This document shows positions 55,847 to 64,000 of a stretch of 64,000 nucleotides of DNA, piece after piece. The DNA is taken from positions 109,864,001-109,928,000 of the forward strand of contig OX597816.1 in the NCBI GenBank assembly GCA_951406725.2, in the 5' to 3' direction. The DNA is from Octopus vulgaris (taxonomy: Eukaryota). The notes under the pieces were generated by a model. The model saw only the letters and a list, made by a program, of their open reading frames with translations, ran no database searches and had not been told where the DNA came from. The position numbers and the translations under genes were made by a program. Each line of letters opens with the position of its first letter. Position 1 is the stretch's first letter.

Positions 55847-56004
55847 TCTTCTTCTTCTTCTTCTTCTTCTTCTTCTTCTTCTTCTTCTTCTTCTTCTTCT
55901 TCTTCTTCTTCTTCTTCTTCTTCTTCTTCTTCTTCTTCTTCTTCTTCTTCTTCTTCTTCTTCTTCTTCTTCTTCTTCTTCTTCTTCTTCTTCTTCTTCTT
56001 CTTC
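55847..56004. repeat. Perfect (TTC)n/(GAA)n tract, about 52 units
   Basis: Direct reading. Confidence 0.97.
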
Positions 56005-56089
56005 CTTCTCTGCCTCCTCTTCACTAGCCAGGTGTATATATATGTGTGTGCGTATGAGTTTGTGCATGTGCATATACATACATACATGA

Positions 56090-56129
<40 letters not shown>

Positions 56130-56849
56130 CACACAGAGGGGCAAATATCGTCGGAGAGAAGCTAGTATATTTCAAGTTTTGTCTTTTATATTACTCTGAT
56201 TCAATTTTCAGATGAAGTTCTTAATTCCTGGGAATTTATTTGATTAATTATCATACTATTCACATCTGTTACAAATGCTAGATCTGAAAATCATTGATTA
56301 TGTCGCATAATTATCATATTTAAATATTACAGCTGAATGTTCAATTCAAAACCAAGACTTTTTCTTTAGACTTGCTCAGTAATTTAGTGATGCACGCTTC
56401 CTAACCTTCTACATAACACTGTTTTACCATTCACTTTTGTATTGCTTACAGTATCAGCACGGTCATTTCCATGTTGTTAAGACTTTTCCTTTGAAATCAC
56501 ATGAATTACTCTTCGGTATCTTGGGGAGGTCTCTAATAGATTAGCCCTCTGTCTTTCCATATGTTTTATCAATTGGTGCTTAATACTGTCATTTGTTGTT
56601 TGCTTGACTGTCTTTGGGAGATTTCGGACGAAAGATCTGGTTTGAGGAAAATCAATGATGCGGTAATGTCTTCAGTCGCAGCTAAAGTGTCATTAAAGAT
56701 GTGGTTTATTCTTTCTTACACAAGCCGTGGACTTATAGAAATTATCATGGATGATATTCTGACAAATTTGTCGAGCGACTATCAATATTCAGGCACCGAC
56801 AATCTCTTAATTAATTTAATTAAAAACTATTAAGGGAATTTATAGATTG

Positions 56850-57171
56850 ATACCATGTTTTTTGGCGAGAAACTAACAAGTGAGGAGAGCTCGGTGAAGG
56901 ATCTAAATCTTCACGCTCCACAGATCGGGTCACTTTCGCCGAATGTTCCCCCTCAGACGTTTCAAAACGTCGTTGTAGAGCTCGCGATCCACGGTCTGGT
57001 CCTGGGGGTCAAATACTCGATGTACAATACCACATGTTTGAGGGTGACGCTCGTGGCGGATGTTTCAAATCGCTCATCGTCTTTCATTGATGTGTTTCTG
57101 CCTTTAAAGCGCCTGTGCCACGCAAAACAGTGCGTGCGGCTGATTGTTTCATGTCGTAAGCTTACTGAAGC

Positions 57172-57172
<1 letters not shown>
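56850..57172 (-). mobile_element. Internally deleted mariner relic
   Basis: Minus strand ETISRTHCFAWHRRFKGRNTSMKDDERFETSATS (HTH region) is joined closely to QTVDRELYNDVLKRLRGNIRRK*PDLW (catalytic-domain region). Confidence 0.75.
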
Positions 57173-57203
<31 letters not shown>

Positions 57204-57241
57204 ATGTATTGTATGTATGTATATATATATATATATGTCTG

Positions 57242-57304
<63 letters not shown>

Positions 57305-57309
<5 letters not shown>

Positions 57310-57489
57310 ATCCAAACAAGAAAGCACAAAAAACGAAACAACGCGAGGACGTGGGACAAATATAGAATTATTGGACGCTCAGGAAAGAAGGAAAGGAGGG
57401 TTTAACGTTTCGAGCGGAGCTCTTCGTCGGAAACATAGGAGAAGGAAAGATCCAGAGAAGAGAAGACAGAGGAAAAAAAATCGCCAACG

Positions 57490-57490
<1 letters not shown>
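57305..57490 (-). mobile_element. Short Penelope-pLTR/retrozyme-like repeat inside (TA)n, hammerhead-like motif at 57400-57434
   Basis: Minus strand GUUU-CCGACGA-A-GAGC-ucc-GCUC-GAAA-CG-UU-AAAC: stem I GUUU/AAAC, palindromic AACGUU; (TA)n on both sides. Confidence 0.75.
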
Positions 57491-57541
<51 letters not shown>

Positions 57542-58740
57542 GGTATGCATGTATGTGTATAAACAGTTCCCTGTTGCAACTGTGCCTGTGACTGTGTGTA
57601 TGTGAGTATAAGCGACTTGATAACAATGAATTTTCGGGTGTCACTATTGGCAAAAAAAAGGCAAAGTCTTTAGAGACATGTAATTGGATTACTCTCTCAG
57701 AATATGCGTGTGGTATACTTATGTTCTTAGTTCCCATTGCTCCGCTTATTAAAGTCTAACCAAGTCAGCATATTTAGAATGCATGGTGAATGTCGATTTC
57801 TGAATGAACATGAAATCCACATCCTTCTGTACCTGGATCCAATTTCATTCAAACAGTGATTGGAACTTTTCTGAGTAGTTTTGAGAATGTATTCATAATT
57901 TTTTATCTGATACTACACGAAGTCTTCAGTTCCTTCTTATATTGTTTTGATTTTGTTTTTGTTTTTTTTGTTTTTCATTTGTGTAATGTTATAGATACAT
58001 TTCATTCTAGTTAACTGTATACGTGATATAAATCCGCGTTGACTTAATATTGTAGCACCTCAAGAAAACAAAGCCAGGCCCACAGAAAATATAACGAAAG
58101 CTTACAGTTGCATTCCTATTTATCGATATATGGATCAATAAACAAATTCTGTACTGCACATGGTCACTTCAGCTACGAAACCCCGTCACCTATTTCTTTT
58201 ACAGAATGAAGCATGTTTCATATTTCACAGCCACTTATCTGACTTCTCTTTCTCAATGTTAATCATCTTTCTTCTGCTCGGTCACATTCAGGTCCATCCA
58301 ACCAGTTTGATGTTGTCGCTATTATTGATCAGATATGAATGTGAATATCCTATAAAGTGAACTTTGTATGGAATTCTTTCTTCTCATTCTAATCTCAGGC
58401 CGGATTTCATTGGTTGATGGATCTTTATCTACCTTGGATGAATTTAACTGGATTGGCCCTTGTAACATTAACTCCGGTATGCTTAAGCACCAACCAATCG
58501 CATTTTCTATCTTTCTTATAGTAATCACAATATATCTTGTCAACTGTTGACCATTAATGCGACATATATCCGTTTGCATATCTGTATGTACGTAGTTATA
58601 ATATATCCGCATGTGTATACATACATATGCATTACTCTTCCTCTTCTTTCTTCCTCTGTTTAACTCTTCTCTTTTTCTCTTTCTCTATGTATAATCACAT
58701 AAACATACACATATATACTTATATACATACACACACACAG

Positions 58741-58791
<51 letters not shown>

Positions 58792-59741
58792 TACATACAT
58801 ACATACATATACATATACATACATACACATATAAAGAAACAATTGGAGAAATGAAGATATACTTTTGTACGCTGCGTGATATTTCTAAGAACGGAAGCTA
58901 TTCTTACACAGTTACACACTCTATCTGTCTTTCACAAATTCACAAACACACACACACACCTAATAAAAGCAGTCTATAAAATATATTGTTTCTATATATT
59001 CTACAATGATTATTTAAATAACATTCCAATAACTATAATATCTATTGATTAGCAGCGTCTTTACACCATTAAACACTATATATGTAAGATTCTTCGTACC
59101 CAGTAAGTCCTAGTGAAAAAGTAATGTTTTCTGTGTGTTTGTTGGATTCGTAATGAACGACTCGTTGCTGAAGACATAAATCATCACGATATTTAACATA
59201 AATGTTTATCTGCCTTGCTCCACATTCTCTGTTGCGCATCACTTTATAGCTATAACTCTTACATATATGAAAGAAAACGCTTTTCATTTCTAGGTGATCG
59301 ACCATATTGACAGTTCAAATTTTGATCAATTAGAACTTCTTTCTTATCAATAATTTCAATGATAGACTTTTTATTGGGTACGAGTAGGGTATTTTCTGAT
59401 TAAGTTGACTACTTCAACTTTGTTACAACATGAAGCTTTATGCCAAATTGTACAACTATTGTATTATATACTACACCTAACAAATTATTTTCTGTTACGG
59501 CTTTTTTTAAATAGAAATTTGTTGTAATTCAACTTGGGTGAAAAATTTCCCATACTTTCTTGATGTCAAGAACTTTGCACATTTTCCGTACAAGCAACAA
59601 TTGTTGAAATTTGCTGCGAAAGAAAAGACGCGCACAAATAGCATTCAGAAAACTACTTACACGATTTTACTCTGAATAGAATTTTAACCATGATAAAATT
59701 ATTTCTTGTATTAGAAATTAGAAAATGTCTAACATTACGTA

Positions 59742-59742
59742 T

Positions 59743-59811
<69 letters not shown>

Positions 59812-59816
59812 TGCTG

Positions 59817-59883
<67 letters not shown>

Positions 59884-59936
59884 CACCACCACCGTTATTT
59901 TTCGGTGAATTTTTCGCGGGGGCCAGCTAGTAATTA

Positions 59937-59967
<31 letters not shown>

Positions 59968-59970
59968 CAT
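59742..59970. repeat. (TAC)/(TGC)/(CAC) compound array and (ATT)n tract
   Basis: Direct reading; the (ATT)n part (about 59931-59970) is the tail/target of the adjacent minus-strand R4/Dong element. Confidence 0.95.
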
Positions 59971-62575
59971 TGCCTTTGCACAGCTTCTGAAGCTGGAGAT
60001 GTACTACGGTTAACTAAAGTAACACCTCTTATTTTCGAGCACCTTCCGGAATAATCGAGCGGTTCCAAGCAGTGCTGTTTTCTACAAGTGGTCGACTGTT
60101 ATTGCAACGTTCGATTCAGTAGATAGGTACAAGATGTTTGAAATCCTTAAGCTCTATGGGATACCAGACAAAATCATTTCTGCCATCAAGATCCTCTACA
60201 CAGATATGTCTTCAACCATCTTAACCCCTGACAGAGAAACATCATCTTCCGCAATCAAACCCGGAATACTGTAGGGAGACACACTCGCCCCATTTCTTTT
60301 CATCATTGTTATTGATTATGTGCTACGTATGTCAGTTGATACAATCTCTGGCAAGGGCTTTGAAATAGAACCAAGAAGAAGTTACAGACACCCAGCTGAG
60401 TACTTGACAGACACTGACTTTGCTAACGACATCGCTCTTATCAGTGATTCTCTCTCCAATGCCCAGTCTCTTTTACAATCTCTTGAACAAGCCTCAAATT
60501 GTGTAGGTCTTTACCTCAATGAGGCCAAGACTGAATACAATAACAAGTGCCTGTCCAACTGTGATTGTATCATCCATACTCTCAACAATGCCCCCTTAAA
60601 TATGGTTTCTGATTACAAATATCTTGGGTCATACATATCATCATCTGGAAAAGACTTTCTAACTAGAAATGGTATGGCCTGGTCAGCCTGTAATGAAATG
60701 CATAAGACCTGGTCATCAAATCTAAGTAGAGACTTCAAACTTGAAATCTTCAAAGCCACAGTCGGACCAATTCTACTATATGGCTCAGAAACCTGGACGT
60801 TATCAAAGACGCTTGAGAGGCGATTGGATGGAACCTACACTCGCCTCCTTATGAGAGCTCAAAATCTCTCGTGGAAGCGCCATCCAACCAAAATGCAAAT
60901 ATATGGGAAACTACCACCTGTGTCATCTCTTGTGAAAGGTAAGAGAGTCCAGTTTGCTAGACATTGTTGTAGAGCTGAAAAAAAGCTAATTTCTACTCTT
61001 CTCCTCTGGAAGCCATCTACCCACGATACCAGAGGGCGCACACTCTCCTACCCTGATGTAATCTCCAGGGATACAGGCATCTAGCAACAGGACCTCCGTA
61101 ATGCCATGATGGACCGTGAAGTCTGGCGTAGCATGGTAAATTCCATTGTCTCGACCACGGTCGAACAATGATGATGATGTTATTGCAGCCCCTATTTGTT
61201 CCACGTACTTCTCGAGATTTTTGCTCATTGTTTCCAGGTCTCTTATTTCGTCTGTTTAACTTTGACTTAAGGACCAGTCTCAGTCTGCGCAAGTACTGCA
61301 TCTTATTTTTTTCTGTCATTTCTTTCTCCATCAACTTATCCATTTCCAAAATCCCCAAGTACTTATTGCCCGTCTCTTCTATCTGCTTCATAACCTCCCC
61401 CGACGGTATCGTTTGCCCGTCCATATATTTGATTTTACCCCTCCTCCTGATTAAGAAACAACACTTTCTCACTCGGAACACCATTGTGATATCAGCACTG
61501 AAGGTATACACCGTATCAACGAGGGAACTGACTTGGGCTTCATCTTTACTATAAAGTTTGAGATCATCCATGAATAACAAATAACTGACTTTTTGTTAGC
61601 GGCTTTTGAATACTTACCCAGCTTTTGCCATCCTCAGAATCAGTGGTAGTGGTATCAAGCACAGTGCAAACATCAATGCGGACAGGCAGTCCTCTTGGAA
61701 GATACCTCTTCTAATTTCTACTGTCCCTAAACTTCTTCCGCATCCTGTCAGATCCGTCCTCCAATTCGCCATGCTTTTTCCAAGCAATCGCTTAACATTC
61801 GATGCAATACCAAATAGGTTCATACATTCCACAATCCAAGTATGTGGTATCATATTGTACGCTTTACGACAGTCTATCCATGGCATGGCTAAGTTACATT
61901 CCTCTTGCAGTCTCTAAGTACAGTTTTGTCTTTCAGGAGTTGATCTTTGGTGCCTCTGCACTTACGCTTGCAACCCATCTACTCATGTTCGTACAACTAT
62001 TCCAGTCAATAACTTCTGCATAAGTGTCAAACAAGATATCGGCCTATAATTGTCTACCGTATTGCCTTTTTCAATGTATTTGAAGCACAGCATTTTCGTA
62101 CACAATGTCAACCACTCTGGTGTTACTTGGTTGGCATTTAACAAGATGTTGAGTTGCGCAGCTATTCGTGCATGACATTCATTAATCCTTTGGTCCAGTA
62201 GCTTTGAACTCAATCTGGTCCCGGGGCCTTCCAGTTGCTCATTTTCTGCTGATTTCCTTCACTTCGCTAACTAAAATGACTAGTTCTTCCTGTTTTGGAC
62301 AGACTACTGTTTATTTCAGTATCCTTCTTGTGCTCCTTGTCTTTGCTCCAGATGTTACTCCAAAACCTTTGACTTTCATTGTTATCTAGTATCAACTTTT
62401 CATCTTCATACTCGCCATTATTTCTTTATAGAATCTCTTCTGATCTACTCTGAATAAACGTTTTTGGTGGTAGCACGTCAATACTTGGTCGTATCTTGCC
62501 ATCTTTGCTTTCTTTGCAACCATGCGATGTTTCAGTTTCTCCATTACCACTTTCAGGCCTTTTCATTCCAGCTTC
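59971..62575 (-). mobile_element. R4/Dong-type non-LTR retrotransposon, decayed, interrupted by an RTE insertion
   Basis: RT motifs NYRPISCL, WIDCRKAYNMIPHTWI, IRRGIFQEDCLSALMF, LFMDDLKLY and KYLGILE; C-terminus MSKNLEKYVEQIGAAIT continues across the insertion as VDHL*KTALLGTARLFRKVLE; (AAT)n tail. Confidence 0.92.
60107..61177 (+). mobile_element. 5'-truncated RTE-clade (RTEX-like) LINE with 10-bp TSD
   Basis: FDSVDR, GIL*GDTLAPFLF, DFANDIAL (decayed FADD), YKYLGS and ILLYGSETW; ORF 60320-61084; (ATG)n tail; TSD TGTTATTGCA at 60097-60106 and 61178-61187. Confidence 0.93.
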
Positions 62576-62589
62576 AAAATTTCCCCAAG

Positions 62590-62633
62590 ACACCTCATGA
62601 ATGCTGGAGGGTATATCAGCCGAAAAGTTGTGT
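62590..62633 (+). ncRNA. Decayed hammerhead motif in a Penelope-pLTR-like repeat (62580-62730)
   Basis: ACAC-CUCAUGA-AU-GCUG-gaggguauau-CAGC-C-GAAA-AG-UU-GUGU: stem I ACAC/GUGU, G5->C core mutation; the sister copy at 48947 retains the palindromic AACGUU. Confidence 0.65.
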
Positions 62634-64000
62634 TTACAACAAACAATATGAGGACGAATATCTGTCAAATGTAAATAATATAAATAATATAAATAAATAA
62701 ATATATGAGGATATTTCTAATTCCTCATTTTCTAATTTGAGTTTCCATGAGGTTAATATTATATGAAATGTTGATCTTAGATTTAAGCAGAGAACTATTT
62801 TATCAATATTCGGGAAGTTTAAATTTGTCGCGTGATTTAATTGTACAACAGGAAAATTTAAACTTCTTTCACAGGAAAGCTGTAAATTTTAGTAGAATTA
62901 AATCGTCTATTAATCTCTTGCTTAATGATTTTTCCTCGTGATTCTATTGTAATAATGCTAATAACAATACCGTATCAGTTTACTAGGTCACATTAAATAT
63001 TTTATGCACAAATCATATAAAAAAAAATACCTAATTCACGATATTGATGTTGTGTAAAAGAAGGAACCAACGCTTACGTTTCGTTGAATATCGAGGCCAC
63101 AGCACCAAAATGTCGAGTCCCATCCACACCGGACACCGCCAAATGCAACCAAGGAGCAGTGTGATGTAATAAACAAAGTGAGGATTTTGAGTCTAAATCC
63201 TCATGCAATTATAGTACTTCCGACAACATTCTATAAATTTCGATTCTCTATACGTCATCTCATAAAACTTAACCACCCTGCAAATGCCTTCAGTGGCGTT
63301 GAAATTGGTATCTTGCTATCACTCTGGAGATATTCTCTTGTTGTTACACACAGAGGAGTCATAACTGCCTACATGGAAATGCCAATGAAATTGATTGTCA
63401 AGGCATTATTCACAGACGCGTTTCTGTATTTCATCTGATGAATGTTTTCTCCAATAACTCTCTTATTTCTTCGCCTAGTATCTGAGCCATGTTGCAGTAC
63501 TTAGGCACTCATATCTCCCTCACTATTACTTTTCTTATCAAATCCCACAGGCTTCCCAATAATTCTCACAAGTGCATGTATTTCCTTAATGTTCCATGTA
63601 CAACAACTTCAACGGAACGCGCACACCCTCGATTTTACTGGCATCGAAGGCCAGTGATCAACACGAGTAGAGTACCTTCCTCTAGACCTGACAATTGGAA
63701 TAATTTCACAAATCATTCTTGGATCCAACTCTATGGAACGAGTCATTTGCAAAGAGGGCTTTCAATAATGTGTACAGTTATACCCTTCTAAATTAATCCC
63801 ATTCAAGAATATAAAGCTGGGAGATAATGACTCGTACATTCAAAGTTTAGACTATACGTTGTTTGTTCAACGTAGTAATGTGAACATATACAAGTTGTAC
63901 TTGCTCGTTGTAGTTGTTCTATTTTAGGCATTTGTTAATTTGAGGTTGATAACTGAGTGTCAGTATGGGATTTCCTAAGATTGTTGACTTTTATCCGAAT

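Noticed and set aside
58160-58612. Non-repetitive ORFs that might be host exons
   Set aside because: Short, overlapping on both strands, no recognisable domain or supported splice structure; the same applies to 16240-17070, 25700-26640 and 63150-63850, which may be old TE debris.

Overview
AT-rich, microsatellite-dense eukaryotic DNA in which I could not identify any host protein-coding exon, so it is probably intergenic or deep intronic. The tRNA-derived SINE heads (GGCGGCGAGCTGGCAGAA...GAGTTCAAATTCCGCC) and the repeat content suggest a coleoid cephalopod, probably Octopus; this is an inference from pattern recognition, not a database result. Most ORFs in the supplied track are translation artefacts of (TA)n, (CA)n, (TACA)n and trinucleotide repeats. 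The recognisable coding content is decayed transposons: Penelope-like GIY-YIG and RT fragments, a CR1/L2-type LINE, four R4/Dong-type LINE copies associated with (AAT)n, two RTE-clade LINEs (one nested in an R4/Dong copy with a 10-bp TSD), several Tc1/mariner relics, a hAT-Buster/mariner chimeric ORF, non-autonomous Helitrons and SINEs. The most interesting signal is non-coding: at least seven minimal type-I hammerhead-ribozyme-like motifs (CUGANGA - stem II - GAAA - palindromic stem III - UH) plus partial ones, in different short Penelope-pLTR/retrozyme-like repeats, mostly next to (TA)n tracts. Two have intact cores (3527-3571 minus, 22510-22557 plus). There are also long fold-back elements and an ~89% identical inverted SINE pair able to form a 106-bp hairpin. 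Element boundaries were estimated by eye.
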